Assembly (NCBI GenBank): GCA_963674755.2
Contig: CAXXVS010000003.1
Span: 2,496,001-2,560,000 of the forward strand
Reading direction: 5' to 3'
Origin: Desulfobacterales bacterium
GTDB taxonomy: Bacteria; Desulfobacterota; Desulfobacteria; Desulfobacterales; UBA5852
Length of the DNA: 64,000 bases
The translations under genes were made by a program, and so were the position numbers. Below, piece by piece: positions 29,982 through 41,009 of this stretch; position 1 is the stretch's first letter, and each line of letters opens with the position of its first letter. The notes under the pieces are model-generated. The model was not told the origin of the DNA. It did not search any database and saw only the letters and a program-made list of their open reading frames with translations.

Positions 29982-30689
29982 TCAGGCCGGAGCGGGCACT
30001 TCGATCCAGGTCGCCCTGGCTTTGGCGATACAGCTACCGGCGGCGTCGAAAAGGGCGGTGCCGGTCCGGTGCTTGCGGCCGTCCCGGGCCAACTCCCATC
30101 CGATCACCACATGCGCGGCGCCGGCCTGGGCCGTTTGAGCCACGTTGGCCGTCATTTCCCCCAGCAGGACCGCTCCGTCCGAAGGCCATTCGAAGGAAAA
30201 CGCGCCGGGACAGTCCAGGACCGCCCACACAAATTCCGCCCTGACGGTGCCGGCCGTGCCCGCCAGAGCCGCATCCGGCGTCCAGGGGGCCGCCACCATC
30301 GATCTTCGGGGGAGCGGTCCCGGGAAAATGCGAAGGCCGTCGGCGGGGGCGCGATCCGGCCCGCAGACGAAACAGCCCGGGTAAGGGTGGGATCGATGCC
30401 CCCGGTAGCCCCGGGAAGCCTGCAAGGCCTCGTCAAACGCCGGCGGTGCGGGTGGCTCCAGGTCAAGCTCGCCCGGCCGGGCTTGGGCCACCACCCGCTC
30501 CCCGTCCAACAGGGCCCAGCCTGCGGCATCGGGGCGGACCCGCAGTTCGGTTTCCAGCCGGGGCGGGCTTATAAGGCGCACGGTGGCCGGTCCCTGGATA
30601 TAGGCCGCCAGGCAACCGCAGACATAGCCCCCGTTACCCGAGTCGGGGGGGCCTTGAAAACGCCGCTCGATCATGATGCTGTTCGTCAA
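29982..30689 (-). CDS. Double-hotdog fold hypothetical protein
   Basis: RFQGPPDSGNGGY, CFVCGP and WAVLDCPG conserved blocks. Confidence 0.7.
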   Translation of the reverse strand: MTNSIMIERRFQGPPDSGNGGYVCGCLAAYIQGPATVRLISPPRLETELRVRPDAAGWALLDGERVVAQARPGELDLEPPAPPAFDEALQASRGYRGHRSHPYPGCFVCGPDRAPADGLRIFPGPLPRRSMVAAPWTPDAALAGTAGTVRAEFVWAVLDCPGAFSFEWPSDGAVLLGEMTANVAQTAQAGAAHVVIGWELARDGRKHRTGTALFDAAGSCIAKARATWIEVPAPA

Positions 30690-30704
30690 GGGCTGATCCT
30701 TTCA

Positions 30705-31100
30705 TCATGCGTCGTGATGCATCACGACGCATTCGGCTTCCATTTCCACCAGCCAGGCCGGGTCGATCAGGCGGCTGACTTCCACGAAGGTGCAGGCCGG
30801 GCGGATGTCACCGAAGATTTCGCCGTGGGCCCGGGCGGCCTCTTGCCAACGCAGGGCGTCCGTGACGTAGACCCGGGTGCGGATGACGTCCTCCAGCCGG
30901 CCGCCGGCCGCTTCAATGGCTTCCCGAATGATCTCGATGCAGCGCCGGGTCTGCCGGTACATGTCGCCGGGGTGGGCGGCCGTGCCGTCCGGGGCGATGG
31001 GCGCCGTGCCGGAAACCGCAATGCGGTCGCCCATGCGCACGGCCCGGGAGAAGCCGATCGGTTTTTCAAAGGGGGAACCGGAAGAGATGTTTTGGCGCAT
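30705..31100 (-). CDS. RidA/YjgF family protein
   Basis: IGFSRAVR, VSGT, DVIRTRVY, RPACT and LVEMEAE. Confidence 0.9.
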   Translation of the reverse strand: MRQNISSGSPFEKPIGFSRAVRMGDRIAVSGTAPIAPDGTAAHPGDMYRQTRRCIEIIREAIEAAGGRLEDVIRTRVYVTDALRWQEAARAHGEIFGDIRPACTFVEVSRLIDPAWLVEMEAECVVMHHDA

Positions 31101-31124
31101 AATAGTGGCCCTTTCTTTGGCGAT

Positions 31125-32027
31125 TCAATTGGCTGACATGGTTTTGGCGATATAGTGCACCATCTGGCCGGCTACGAGGGCCACTACTTCCCGGGGGAGG
31201 AAGTCCACCGGCGCCTCGGCCATGATCCGGTTCGTGACGATGGCGGCGGTTCGGGCTTCGTCACCGGTTGCGGTGAAGGTCGCTTCCAGAAATTGGCGGG
31301 TTTCGGCGGCTGCGGCCAGGGCGTCCTGCAGAAAGCGCCGCCCCTCTTCGCCGGAGCGGGCCCCGTAATGTTCGGCCAGGTGAATGGCGACATCCCGGGC
31401 GGCCATTTTCGCCAGGCTGGCCTGGTAGAGATCGAAATTGGAATTGGCGGCCGTGAAGATCTTGTCGCCAAAGGGAACCCCCCCGGCATCCGAGGCGAAC
31501 AAGGCTTTCTCTTCGGGGATGTAAATGGCGAGGGAGCACGAGGAATGGCCCGGGACTTCCATGATTTCCAAAGACAGGTCGCTGCAGGGCAGGGTCTCAC
31601 CGTCACCCACGACCGCCTCCACAGCGATGCCATCAAACCGCAGGTCGTCATCCCCGGCGTCCCCGGTCAGACCGGAGGACGCGACCAGGGCCTGGTTGAG
31701 GGCGGCGATATGGGCGACCACCTTGGGTTTTTGCAGCAGTTCCCTGCTCCTGGCCGAGGCTGTAACCACAGCCCAGGGCCAGCGGCGTTTCAAAAACGGC
31801 ACCATGCCGCAGTGATCGAAATGACTGTGCAGGATGACGATCCGGCGGATTTTGGTTTCGTCAATGCCGAAGCGCTTCACCTGGTCCAACACGTCCGGTG
31901 CCACGTAGGCCATGGCCCCGCCCAGGAGGGCGTATTCATCTTCCCCGCCGACGATGTAGGCGCAGGACTCGCTGCGGCCCACCAGCCAGATGCGGTCGGT
32001 TATCTTCCCGGGTGTTTCAAATATCAT
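31125..32027 (-). CDS. Metallo-beta-lactamase fold hydrolase
   Basis: LHSHFDHCG, PGHS and FASDA. ATG at 32027 with an AAGGAG RBS. Confidence 0.88.
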   Translation of the reverse strand: MIFETPGKITDRIWLVGRSESCAYIVGGEDEYALLGGAMAYVAPDVLDQVKRFGIDETKIRRIVILHSHFDHCGMVPFLKRRWPWAVVTASARSRELLQKPKVVAHIAALNQALVASSGLTGDAGDDDLRFDGIAVEAVVGDGETLPCSDLSLEIMEVPGHSSCSLAIYIPEEKALFASDAGGVPFGDKIFTAANSNFDLYQASLAKMAARDVAIHLAEHYGARSGEEGRRFLQDALAAAAETRQFLEATFTATGDEARTAAIVTNRIMAEAPVDFLPREVVALVAGQMVHYIAKTMSAN

Positions 32028-32082
32028 GTGATCTCCTTGTGATCCCTCATTGCTGAAAACTGAATTCTCCGGTTGCCATGGG

Positions 32083-32712
32083 TTAACCGGAGTTGTCCAG
32101 CGATTTACTTCCCGGCGATGTGTCTCCGGCCAGCAGCACAATGCCGGCCATCAGGCCCATGGGAACCTGGTTGGGATCGCTTTCCCGGGTGATTTTGTCG
32201 ATGGACCAGCCGACGGTCCGGGCGAGTTCGAAAAAGTTGACCCCCAGGCCGGAAATGGACGGCCGGGCCAGGTCCGGATGCCGGCAGGGTCCGGCATCGG
32301 CGATGACCCGGCAGTCTTTTTCCCCGGCGCAGAAGATGCGCTTGCAGGAGCCGGCCGCCAGACCCCGGGCGTCCGTATACCCGCCGGCGACAGCCTGGCT
32401 TTCGATAGCCGCGGCCGTCTCGTGAACCAGGCGGGACACCTCGAAACGGGCGTCACCCAGAAGCACTTCGGTGGGAACATCGAACTTGAAGACCAGGGCC
32501 CGGGGAAATCGTTTCAGCAATTGCCGGAAGGCATTCGGTTTCATCACGTGGGGCGGGCAATTGGCACCCCGGCCAAAGCCGGGACAGCCGGGGTCCCGGC
32601 AGATATCCGCCAGGTGGTCTTCCACTTTGATGCCCGCGGTGTTGATCATACGGGCGTCCGTCACGCCCAGCTGAAGGGCATATTGCAGCAATGGCGCTTC
32701 AAAAGATGGCAT
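32083..32712 (-). CDS. DUF2284 Cys-rich metal-binding protein
   Basis: CRDPGCPGFG..NCPP, AGSCKRIFC and CRHPDLARPS..GLGVN. Confidence 0.8.
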   Translation of the reverse strand: MPSFEAPLLQYALQLGVTDARMINTAGIKVEDHLADICRDPGCPGFGRGANCPPHVMKPNAFRQLLKRFPRALVFKFDVPTEVLLGDARFEVSRLVHETAAAIESQAVAGGYTDARGLAAGSCKRIFCAGEKDCRVIADAGPCRHPDLARPSISGLGVNFFELARTVGWSIDKITRESDPNQVPMGLMAGIVLLAGDTSPGSKSLDNSG

Positions 32713-32809
32713 ATGTGATTTCCTGTTGATCCGTGGCCAGCCGGGCCATATTTAACGGAAGGGTTGCGATGGGCCCCATCGGCATACCGCTTCCTCCGAT
32801 TATCGTGTC

Positions 32810-33604
32810 TCAAGGCGTAAAACGAAAGTGTGTTCCCGCAGGGAAAACCAATCCAAACGTTTCCTCCAAAACCTGCAGCAGTTCCACCGGATCCGCCAGG
32901 GTCCGGGTGGTAATGGCCGCGCCCCGGTCGATGCTGAAGTCAAGATTAAGCAAGCTGTAGCGCGCTTCCGGCGTGGGCCGCTGGACCACGATACCGCGGG
33001 TGAACGGACTGTCCGGATGGGTGGAGACGTAGTGGTTGGCCACCTTGTAATCGATCCAGTATTGGGGTTCCAGGGTGAAGGCATAGAGGTCGATCCAGTT
33101 GTTTCCCTCCCGGGTCTGCAGAACCCAGGCGTCGCCCTCCGCCACGCTGCGGTAGGTCCAGTGGAAACGCTGGAAGATCCTTCCGGGCTGGAACGGCAGG
33201 GGCTTCAGAAAGCCCCGGGCCCCGAAGCCCACGTCCGCCAGCCACCGTTCGCCCCCCAGGTCCACCATCAGCAGCATGTGGGTGCGGGCGCGCACCCGGT
33301 CGCTGCCCACCCGCACCCGGGCGGCCAGCCGGGTGACCGGGAACCCTAGCGCTTCCAGTACCGCGGCCAGGAGCAGGTTATGCTCGAAACAATAGCCGCC
33401 GCGGCCGCCGTAGACGAGTTTGGCCTGAATGCTTTCCAGGTCCACCCGGATGGCGCGGCCCATGAGGATGTCGAGGTTTTCAAAGGGGATCCGGGTGGCA
33501 TGGGCCAGGTGAACGGCATCCAGCAGAGCGGGGCCCGGCGACAGGTCGCCGTGGTAGCCGATGCGCTGCAGGTAGGCCGACAGAGCGATCGCGGTGAGGC
33601 CCAC
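32810..33604 (-). CDS. Arylamine N-acetyltransferase
   Basis: IPFENL, RGGYCFEHN, THMLL and LADVGFG (Cys-His-Asp triad). Confidence 0.93.
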   Translation of the reverse strand: MGLTAIALSAYLQRIGYHGDLSPGPALLDAVHLAHATRIPFENLDILMGRAIRVDLESIQAKLVYGGRGGYCFEHNLLLAAVLEALGFPVTRLAARVRVGSDRVRARTHMLLMVDLGGERWLADVGFGARGFLKPLPFQPGRIFQRFHWTYRSVAEGDAWVLQTREGNNWIDLYAFTLEPQYWIDYKVANHYVSTHPDSPFTRGIVVQRPTPEARYSLLNLDFSIDRGAAITTRTLADPVELLQVLEETFGLVFPAGTHFRFTP

Positions 33605-33608
33605 GGGC

Positions 33609-34064
33609 TTAAGCCAGCGCCGTTGGCCGCCGAACCGCTTCGACCGGGATGTCGTACACTTTCTGGGTCTTCGTCAGTTGGAAGCCGAGCCGTTCATAGA
33701 AGTGGTGGGCGCGGTCGCGGGCGGCGTTGCATCTGACCCGCATCCGCCCGATGCCGCGCTCCTGAAGCCATTGGGCGGCCGCGGTCACCAGCTCCGCACC
33801 GATGCCTCGGCTGCGTGCCTCGGCCGCCACCACCAGGCTGACAATTTCACCGCGCAGCCCTTCGGCCAGGCGGCTGTCGACCTGGGCCTGGAGGCATCCC
33901 ACGGCTTGGCCGTTTTCCCTTACCGCCACCAGAATGACGGCTTTTTCATCCAGTGTGGCAATGTGCCGGGCGATGTCCGCCGCGCTGCGGGCATAGCCCA
34001 GTTGATGCAGCAGGTCCGCAATTTCTTCGGCATCCGGGATGCCGGCTGCGCGGATATTGATCAT
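33609..34064 (-). CDS. GNAT N-acetyltransferase (PhnO-like)
   Basis: LLHQLGY, LVVAAEARSRGIGAELV and AHHFYERLGF. Real start is ATG 34064. Confidence 0.87.
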   Translation of the reverse strand: MINIRAAGIPDAEEIADLLHQLGYARSAADIARHIATLDEKAVILVAVRENGQAVGCLQAQVDSRLAEGLRGEIVSLVVAAEARSRGIGAELVTAAAQWLQERGIGRMRVRCNAARDRAHHFYERLGFQLTKTQKVYDIPVEAVRRPTALA

Positions 34065-34401
34065 CTCCGTGATTCCTTTTGTCCTGATGGCCCGTCGCAT
34101 GGATCGCTTGGCCCGTATTCGGCGGTGGTGTCCGCCTGAAGGCCGGCCGCTGGTCGCCTCCCTCATACGATACCTAACGGCGGATGGCAAGGTGCCTGGG
34201 CGGAGACTGGCTATCCCATAAAAAAACCAGGACCGGTGGCGCAAAGGCGCTCGCGGACGGGACCAGAATGGCCTTCGGGCATCAGGGCCGTTCGAAGGCC
34301 AGGCGACGCATCTTTCCCCTTCACTTGCCCAAGCGACCGCGCTATAAATGGCTTCCCCCTGATGGAAACTTGCTTCAACCGAACCGATGGGAGTGCCGCC
34401 G

Positions 34402-35511
34402 ATGCCTGATACCGCCGATGCCCAACGCGAGGCGTTTGCCCGCAAAATGACCGACATTCTCAATCTCGGCGCCCTGAACCTGGCCATGGGGCTGGGCTAC
34501 CGTCTGGGGTTGTTCGAGGCCCTGGATGCCCTGGCGGCACCCGCCAGCTGCGACGCCATTGCGGTGCAGGCCGAATTGGATACCCGCTATGTAAGGGAAT
34601 GGCTGGGGATCATGGTGTGCGGCGGCATCGTGGAATTGTCGGCAGATGATCGCGGCCGGGACCGCTTTCATCTGCCCCGGGCGCACGCCGATCTCATCAC
34701 CCGGCGGGCCGGCAGCGCCAATCTGGGGGTCTACACCCAGGAAATCCCGCTGCTGACCCGTTGCGCCGTGGAGGAGGTTGCAGAAGGCTTCCGGACCGGC
34801 CGGGGGGTGGAATACCGGCACTACCCGCGCTTCCAGCAGTTCATGGGACAACTGGCCGACGCCAAGCACCGGCAAGTCCTGGTGGGCACGTTTCTGCCTT
34901 CGGTGGACGAGGGCCGCATGGTCCGTCTGATGACCGACGGTATCCGGGTCTGCGATCTGGGATGTGCCGAAGGGCTGGCCTTGATGCTCATGGCCGAAGC
35001 CTTTCCCCGCAGCACCTTCGTCGGGCTGGACATTTCCGAAGAAGCCCTGCACACGGCACGCACCGCCGCCGCATCGCAAGGGTTGACCAACGTCACCTTT
35101 ATCCAAGAGGATGCGGCCGCGTTGAACGATTCGTCTTCCCTGGCGGGTTCGTTCGATTACGTGACGGCCTTTGACGCCATCCACGACCAGACCCAACCCC
35201 TGGCGGCGCTCCGGGGCGTGCGCGCCCTCCTGAAGCCGGGCGGGGCCTTTTCCATGGTGGATATCGCCGCCGCCAGCCGCCTGGCGGACAACCGGGACCA
35301 TCCCATGGGATCATTTCTTTATACGGTCAGCCTGATGCACTGCATGCCCGTGGGGCTGGTGGACGGCGGAACCGGGCTGGGCATGATGTGGGGCCGGGAA
35401 AAGGCGGTGGCCCTGCTGAACGAGGCCGGCTTCGGGGATGTTGTGGTGACCGCGATCCCGCAGGATGCGTTCAACCTCCATTTCTTCTGCCGCAAAACAA
35501 GGGCTTCATAA
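34402..35511 (+). CDS. SAM-dependent methyltransferase with N-terminal winged helix (Rv2258c-like)
   Basis: RYVREWL, VCDLGCAEG, FDAIHD, SLMHC and GLGMMWG. Confidence 0.88.
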   Translation: MPDTADAQREAFARKMTDILNLGALNLAMGLGYRLGLFEALDALAAPASCDAIAVQAELDTRYVREWLGIMVCGGIVELSADDRGRDRFHLPRAHADLITRRAGSANLGVYTQEIPLLTRCAVEEVAEGFRTGRGVEYRHYPRFQQFMGQLADAKHRQVLVGTFLPSVDEGRMVRLMTDGIRVCDLGCAEGLALMLMAEAFPRSTFVGLDISEEALHTARTAAASQGLTNVTFIQEDAAALNDSSSLAGSFDYVTAFDAIHDQTQPLAALRGVRALLKPGGAFSMVDIAAASRLADNRDHPMGSFLYTVSLMHCMPVGLVDGGTGLGMMWGREKAVALLNEAGFGDVVVTAIPQDAFNLHFFCRKTRAS

Positions 35512-35548
35512 AAGGGCCACTATCGGCGCTGTGCGGCCTTCGGCCCCC

Positions 35549-35643
35549 GCGTCAGCGGCACGCTTCGCCGCTGCGGCGTAGGGATGTACGCCTCGTTCCT
35601 CAGCCTTTGCACGCCTTGATCTTGGCCTTTCTGCGCAACCGTC
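35549..35643. repeat. Diverged relative of repeat family A
   Basis: Shares the GCTGCGGCGTA-N-GTACGCCTC core hairpin and the downstream GCCTTG block with 4985-5087 and 44552-44656. Confidence 0.55.
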
Positions 35644-35868
35644 CGGAAGGGATGGGCCTGCGGCCGAGAAGAGACCCGTGCGGTGCCGGAGGGTTCCCGG
35701 CCTCCCACGGTTTGCGGGATTGCCCGGCTGGCGCATGCAGGCGAGGCTGGAACGGGCCTTCGCCGATGCCCACCGCCAGAGCTGGACTGCAAGCGCCGGT
35801 GTTGACGCGCACAGACGAACACGCCCCCCGCGCCCTTGATGTCGGATCAACTTCCGGGCGGATTTTCC

Positions 35869-35895
35869 TAAAGCTGCACTGAAAAGTGCCAATAT
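35869..35895 (+). promoter_or_regulatory. sigma28 (FliA)-type promoter for the MCP
   Basis: TAAA-N15-GCCAATAT. Confidence 0.65.
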
Positions 35896-36003
35896 GTAGA
35901 TCAGCCCCCCGCCGAATCGGATTTTGCCTGGCTTCCGGTTTGGCGGTGGGCGGTTTTGCGTATTTGCCAAGCCCTTTCAAATTCCCTGCAAGGAGAGGAA
36001 CCC

Positions 36004-38127
36004 ATGTTTTTGAAGCGGTCCCTGAAGTTCAAGCTGATTGCCCTCGGTGTCATCCTGTCGGTGGCGCCGCTTTGCGTGGTGGCTCTGAGCACATTTTACC
36101 AGACACGTCATATGTCCGACGTGGCCTCAGACGGCCTGGCCCGGTTGACCCACGAAAACCTGACCAACACCGTGAACGGGGTCAGGACCATGTTGAACGC
36201 TCAAAACGAAGTCCTGCAGAACCAGGTCGTCAGCAATCTGAACGTCGCCCGGCGGGTCGTGCGGGACGGGGGGAACCTCTTCCTTGACGCTTCTGAAACG
36301 GCCACCTGGCAGGCTGTCAACCAGTTTACCAAGGCATCCCAGGCGGTGGATTTGCCCCACATGACGCTTGGGGGGGAGTGGCTGGGCCAGAACGCGGATC
36401 CGGGTGTTCCCACCCTGATGGTGGACGAGGTCAAGCTTCTGGTGGAGGGCACCTGCACGGTGTTCCAGCGTATGAACGAGGCCGGGGACATGCTGCGGGT
36501 GGCGACCAATGTGAAGAACCTCGATGGTACGCGGGCCATCGGCACCTATCTGCCGGCGGTCAACCCGGACGGCACCCCCAATCCAGTGATCGTCAGCCTA
36601 TTGGACCGGAAAACCTTTTGCGGAAGGGCTTATGTGGTCAATGCCTGGTACCTGACAGCCTATGAGCCCCTGTTCAACAATGACGGGGACATTATAGGGG
36701 CCCTTTATTTCGGCGTGGAACAAGAGGCCACTTCGGCCATGCGGGAAGCCCTGATGAACACGAAGATCGGCCAGACCGGTTATATATGGATCATCGACAG
36801 CAAAGGCAACTATGTGCTGTCCAAGAACGGCAAGCGCGATGGGGAAAGCATTCTGGGCGCCAAGGATGCCGACGGCAACGCATTTGTCAAGGATATCATC
36901 GCCAAAGCCCGCGGCTCCCGGGAAGGGGAAATCTTTGACAGCGTCTATCACTGGAAAAATCAGGGCGATGCAAAGGTGCGTCTGAAGATCAGTAAAGTCA
37001 CCTACTTCAAACCCTGGGACTGGATCATCGGGGCCGGGACCTTTGAAGACGAGTTCTTCCAGGCCCGCGACACCATCGAAGCCCGCGGCCGTGCCAACAT
37101 GCACATCCTGCTGGTACTGATCGGCATTGCCCTGGCGGCCTCCCTGGGCCTGTGGACCGTTATGGGCCATCGAATCGGCAGGCGGCTCGCGGCTTTCGCC
37201 GCCCACATGCAGGGGGCGTCCGACGAGGTGGCCTCGGCGGCCGGAGAAGTCTCCGCGGCCAGCCAGTCCCTGGCCGAAGGGGCCTCCCAGCAGGCGGCTT
37301 CCATCGAGGAGACATCGGCCTCGCTGGAGGAGATGGCGTCCATGACCAAACAGAACGCCGACCACGCCAACCAGGCCGATGCGCTCATGAAGGATGCCAA
37401 CACGACCATTGCCAAGGCCAACACGACAATGGACCGTATGACCGAATCCATGACGGCCATTTCCCAGACGGGCGAGGAGACCCAAAAGATCGTCAAGACC
37501 ATCGACGAGATTGCTTTTCAGACCAACCTGCTGGCCTTGAATGCCGCGGTGGAGGCGGCCAGGGCCGGCGAGGCCGGGGCGGGGTTTGCCGTGGTGGCGG
37601 ACGAAGTCCGCAACCTGGCCATGCGGGCGGCCGAGGCCGCTCAAAACACTTCGTCGCTTATCGAGGAGTCGGTGCGCCAGATCAAGGAAGGCGCCGAACT
37701 GGTGGATGTCACCAACAAGGCCTTTGACGAGGTGGCCGTGCAGGCCGACGAGGTGACGCACCTGATCGGGGAGATTGCAGGGGCTTCCACGGAACAGGCC
37801 CAAGGCATCGATCAGGTCAACACGGCCGTCAGCGAGATGGACCGGGTGGTGCAGCAGAACGCCGCCACGGCTGAAGAATCCGCTTCAGCCTCCGCAGAGA
37901 TGAATGCCCAGGCTGAACAGGTGAAGACCACGGTGAACGAACTCGTGGCTTACATCGAGGGCGGGGCGACGCCCCCGCCGGCGGCCGCGGTCCACAGCGC
38001 GAGCCCCGGCCGGACCGGTAACATCCCAGCGCGCAAGAAGCCTGGGCTGCAGGCGCCGGCCTCCGGCCTCCAAAGCGCCCAGGAAGCCCGTTCCATAGAA
38101 GCCCCGGAAGTCTACGACGATTTTTAG
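36004..38127 (+). CDS. Methyl-accepting chemotaxis protein (Cache_3/Cache_2-type sensor)
   Basis: Two TM helices, [14 protein letters not shown] sensor and [23 protein letters not shown] hairpin tip. Confidence 0.93.
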   Translation: MFLKRSLKFKLIALGVILSVAPLCVVALSTFYQTRHMSDVASDGLARLTHENLTNTVNGVRTMLNAQNEVLQNQVVSNLNVARRVVRDGGNLFLDASETATWQAVNQFTKASQAVDLPHMTLGGEWLGQNADPGVPTLMVDEVKLLVEGTCTVFQRMNEAGDMLRVATNVKNLDGTRAIGTYLPAVNPDGTPNPVIVSLLDRKTFCGRAYVVNAWYLTAYEPLFNNDGDIIGALYFGVEQEATSAMREALMNTKIGQTGYIWIIDSKGNYVLSKNGKRDGESILGAKDADGNAFVKDIIAKARGSREGEIFDSVYHWKNQGDAKVRLKISKVTYFKPWDWIIGAGTFEDEFFQARDTIEARGRANMHILLVLIGIALAASLGLWTVMGHRIGRRLAAFAAHMQGASDEVASAAGEVSAASQSLAEGASQQAASIEETSASLEEMASMTKQNADHANQADALMKDANTTIAKANTTMDRMTESMTAISQTGEETQKIVKTIDEIAFQTNLLALNAAVEAARAGEAGAGFAVVADEVRNLAMRAAEAAQNTSSLIEESVRQIKEGAELVDVTNKAFDEVAVQADEVTHLIGEIAGASTEQAQGIDQVNTAVSEMDRVVQQNAATAEESASASAEMNAQAEQVKTTVNELVAYIEGGATPPPAAAVHSASPGRTGNIPARKKPGLQAPASGLQSAQEARSIEAPEVYDDF

Positions 38128-38211
38128 GGCCTTTCCGAAACGCTGGGCAAGCTTCGTCAAGGGCGCGTCGCAAGACGCGCTGCTTTTTCCGGGGATAGAA
38201 GCGATTTTCGC

Positions 38212-39012
38212 TTACGGCAATTCGCTGATCCAGCTGCCCCCGTCCAGCCATTTGGCGTGGATCTTTTTCAACTGCCCGGTCCCCTGGAGGGTGTTCAGAA
38301 AGTTGCGGACCCAATTGATCAGGAGGGTATCTTCGGCCATGGCAATCCCCAGCGGTTCGAATGTCAGGGGGGATTTCCCCGCCGAAAGCCCCTTGTCCTG
38401 ATAGCGGTAGGCTGCATAGGCGCAAAAGGGGAGGTCGGCCACCATGACGTCCGCCTTTTTGGCCAGAACGAGGGCGATAGCGTCGCCATAGGATGCGGCC
38501 GGCAGCAGCTTGGCCTTGGGCATAAGGCTTTCGGCAAATATCTGGCTGGTGGAATCCTTCAGTGCCGTTACGGTGACATCGGGCGCATTCAACCCGTCGG
38601 CATTCTGGAGTTCGGCATAGCGCTGCTCCAGGGCCAGAATCCCCTTGCCGGAGACGTAATAAGGTCCCACGAAAGCCACCTTGCGGTTGCGGTCCGCCGT
38701 AATGGTCATGCCGGAGAGGACCATGTCCACCTTGCCGGCTTCCAGGGCCGGCAGCAGATCGGCAAACGGCATCCGGACAAATTCGACAGGAACCCCCAGG
38801 TCTTCGGCCATGGCATTGGCCAGGTCGATATCCATCCCGATGAGTTCACCGTTCTTGGCCGTAGCGCTCATGGGGGGCTGCTGGCCGGTGGTTCCCACCT
38901 TCAATACTTTGTGCGCCAGAATGCGGTCCATCACCGGGCCGGCCGAGGTGTTGACCACCGTCAGGGCCACGGAAAGGACGATTACCCAAAAGCAAACCAG
39001 TTGTTTTCGCAT
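38212..39012 (-). CDS. Family 3 amino-acid ABC substrate-binding protein (orphan)
   Basis: Signal peptide, LKVG, GMDIDLA, LEAGKVD and SGMTITADR. Confidence 0.9.
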   Translation of the reverse strand: MRKQLVCFWVIVLSVALTVVNTSAGPVMDRILAHKVLKVGTTGQQPPMSATAKNGELIGMDIDLANAMAEDLGVPVEFVRMPFADLLPALEAGKVDMVLSGMTITADRNRKVAFVGPYYVSGKGILALEQRYAELQNADGLNAPDVTVTALKDSTSQIFAESLMPKAKLLPAASYGDAIALVLAKKADVMVADLPFCAYAAYRYQDKGLSAGKSPLTFEPLGIAMAEDTLLINWVRNFLNTLQGTGQLKKIHAKWLDGGSWISELP

Positions 39013-39152
39013 GGGATGGCTCCTCTAAAAATGGTTTCAAGGGAAAATCGAAGAGGGTGATGATGCCCCTCTTGATAGAGGTTCTTCGCGCGCTTTTCAA
39101 GAAGGAGGCCGCGATGGCCCCGCGTCCATGGGATGGCATCGGTGCGGGACCG

Positions 39153-40082
39153 TCACTCTACAGGGCGGGATTCGGCGAAGCTGCCGGCACAGATCCGGTT
39201 GCGGCCGGCCTTTTTGGCGTTGTAGAGTTGTTTGTCGGCCGCTGCCACCATTTGCTCGGCCAGTATTTCGCCGTCCGTATGGGTGTAGCTCTGGAGTCCG
39301 ATGCTGGTGGTGACGGCGACGCGCTGCGGTCCGCAGCGGAAAGGGCAAGCGGCCACCAGGGCACGGAGTTTTTCGCAGAATTGCAGGGCCGCGGTCGCAT
39401 CGGCTTCGGGCAGGATGATCGCGAATTCATCGCCTCCGTAGCGCGCCAGCAGATCGGACTCCCGGGTGTGGTGCTTGACCAGTTTCACGAAGGCCATGAG
39501 GATTTCATCACCGGCCGGGTGGCCGTGGGTATCGTTGATGTCCTTGAACTGGTCGATATCCAGCAGGGCCAACGACAGGCAGCGCTCGTAGCGCAGGGCG
39601 CGGCTGAGTTCACGTTTGAGCGATTCCTGGAAATAGGGCCTGTTGAAGGCCTGGGTCAGGTCGTCCACCGTCATCAGCCGATAGATATCTTCGTGGAATC
39701 TGCTTTCGGCGTTGTTGCGGGAAAGGAATTTGAGGACGGTTTCCCCCAGGTGCAGCCGGTCGCCGTCCTGCAGTTCGGCCTGCTGCACGCGATGGCCGTT
39801 GACGAACAGGCCATTGGTGGCGTCCAGGTCGCTGGCGGTCACCCTATCGCGCGCTACCGCGATTTGGGCATGCCGGCGGGAAACGCTGTCTTCCGGCAGG
39901 TGAATATCGCAGGATCCGTCCCGGCCGATGGTTTGTAAGGCGTCCTGCAGATAGAACGTCTTGCCGAGCTGGGCCCCGTAGACGACCACCAGGGCCGGCG
40001 GAGCACATGGTAGGCCGTCATATAGATCGACCGGCCCGTCGACGGCAATGGTTTCCTGCTCGTTGGTCATGTCTTTTGCCAT
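39153..40082 (-). CDS. FHA-domain diguanylate cyclase
   Basis: IGR..VSRRHA..TNG FHA motifs, RESD I-site and RYGGDEF. Confidence 0.92.
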   Translation of the reverse strand: MAKDMTNEQETIAVDGPVDLYDGLPCAPPALVVVYGAQLGKTFYLQDALQTIGRDGSCDIHLPEDSVSRRHAQIAVARDRVTASDLDATNGLFVNGHRVQQAELQDGDRLHLGETVLKFLSRNNAESRFHEDIYRLMTVDDLTQAFNRPYFQESLKRELSRALRYERCLSLALLDIDQFKDINDTHGHPAGDEILMAFVKLVKHHTRESDLLARYGGDEFAIILPEADATAALQFCEKLRALVAACPFRCGPQRVAVTTSIGLQSYTHTDGEILAEQMVAAADKQLYNAKKAGRNRICAGSFAESRPVE

Positions 40083-40209
40083 CCTGCCGCCCAGCCTTTC
40101 ATGGTTGCCATGTTGCGGTGTTGTCGCCCGTACGGAAAGGGACTCTTTTCCATATAACGGTTAACCCGTCATGAATCAAATATATTGACAAAAGATCTGA
40201 AATTTGACC

Positions 40210-40229
40210 AATGATAATTGTTATCAATT
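40210..40229 (+). promoter_or_regulatory. Fur/PerR-type 7-1-7 box upstream of the regulator
   Basis: TGATAAT-T-GTTATCA (40212-40226), just downstream of TTGACA. Confidence 0.7.
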
Positions 40230-40259
40230 AAAGGGAGCGGCTTCCGGGCCGGCCACGGG

Positions 40260-40721
40260 TTGCAATTCAACGATCCGCAAGAACGTTTCGAGATGATCGT
40301 CAGGAAGATGCGGGAGAACGGTCACAAGCTTACGCCTCAGCGTTTGGCCGTGGCCCGGATTTTGGCCCGCAGTGAAGGGCATCCCGGCGTCGAGGCCATC
40401 TATGAACAGCTGCAGGATGATTTCCCCACCATGAGTCTGGCCACGGTCTATCGCAGCGTGATGCTGATCAAATCCCTGGGGGAGGTGCTGGAGCTCGGAT
40501 TCCCGGACAGCGGCAACCGTTATGACGGCAACAAACCCTATCCCCATCCCCATGTGATCTGCGTGCGCTGCAGGAAAATCTTCGATCCCGAGCTGCCCAG
40601 CCTGCAAGACTTGACCCGGGAGGTCACGGCGGCCAGCGGTTTTAAGATCCTGACCCATCGCATGGATTTTTTTGGCATCTGCCGGGCATGCCAGGGCAAG
40701 GAGAGGGATACGGATCGTTAA
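40260..40721 (+). CDS. Fur-family transcriptional regulator (PerR-like); start uncertain
   Basis: KLTPQRLAV, HP..EAIY, SLATVYR, HPHVICVRC and GICRAC. Confidence 0.9.
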   Translation: MQFNDPQERFEMIVRKMRENGHKLTPQRLAVARILARSEGHPGVEAIYEQLQDDFPTMSLATVYRSVMLIKSLGEVLELGFPDSGNRYDGNKPYPHPHVICVRCRKIFDPELPSLQDLTREVTAASGFKILTHRMDFFGICRACQGKERDTDR

Positions 40722-40739
40722 TTTTTTTTGCCAGGCATA

Positions 40740-40754
40740 TGCGAATCATTATCA
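40740..40754 (+). promoter_or_regulatory. Second Fur/PerR-type box
   Basis: TGCGAAT-C-ATTATCA upstream of the small CxxC gene. Confidence 0.55.
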
Positions 40755-40808
40755 ATTGATATGTTGAGCTTTTTGAAAATCAATTCGAATAACCAGGAGA
40801 ATTCCCCT

Positions 40809-41009
40809 ATGGCAGAAAAAGAAATCAAGCAGATCTGCAAATGCGAAAGCTGCGGCAACGAGTCTGAAATGGTCATCACCTGTTCACTGGTGGAGGAAGA
40901 ACTTCAGACGTCGGCCAAAACGCCGGTGAAAAAGGTCCGTGCCAAGGGACACGGGGTCTGCACCCATTGCGGCAACGAGGCCGATATCTGGGTGGATGTA
41001 GCGTCATAA
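40809..41009 (+). CDS. Small (66 aa) twin-CxxC metal-binding protein
   Basis: AGGAG RBS. CESCGNESEM and CTHCGNEADI repeats. Confidence 0.75.
   Translation: MAEKEIKQICKCESCGNESEMVITCSLVEEELQTSAKTPVKKVRAKGHGVCTHCGNEADIWVDVAS

Noticed and set aside
28521..35511. Run of thioesterase, methyltransferases, RidA, MBL hydrolase, NAT and GNAT as a biosynthetic cluster
   Set aside because: Mixed orientations, no scaffold-forming enzyme or shared regulator. It looks like a collection of common stand-alone genes.
37470..37640. DNA similarity with 47210-47380
   Set aside because: It is the conserved MCP signalling tip in two paralogues, not a mobile repeat.
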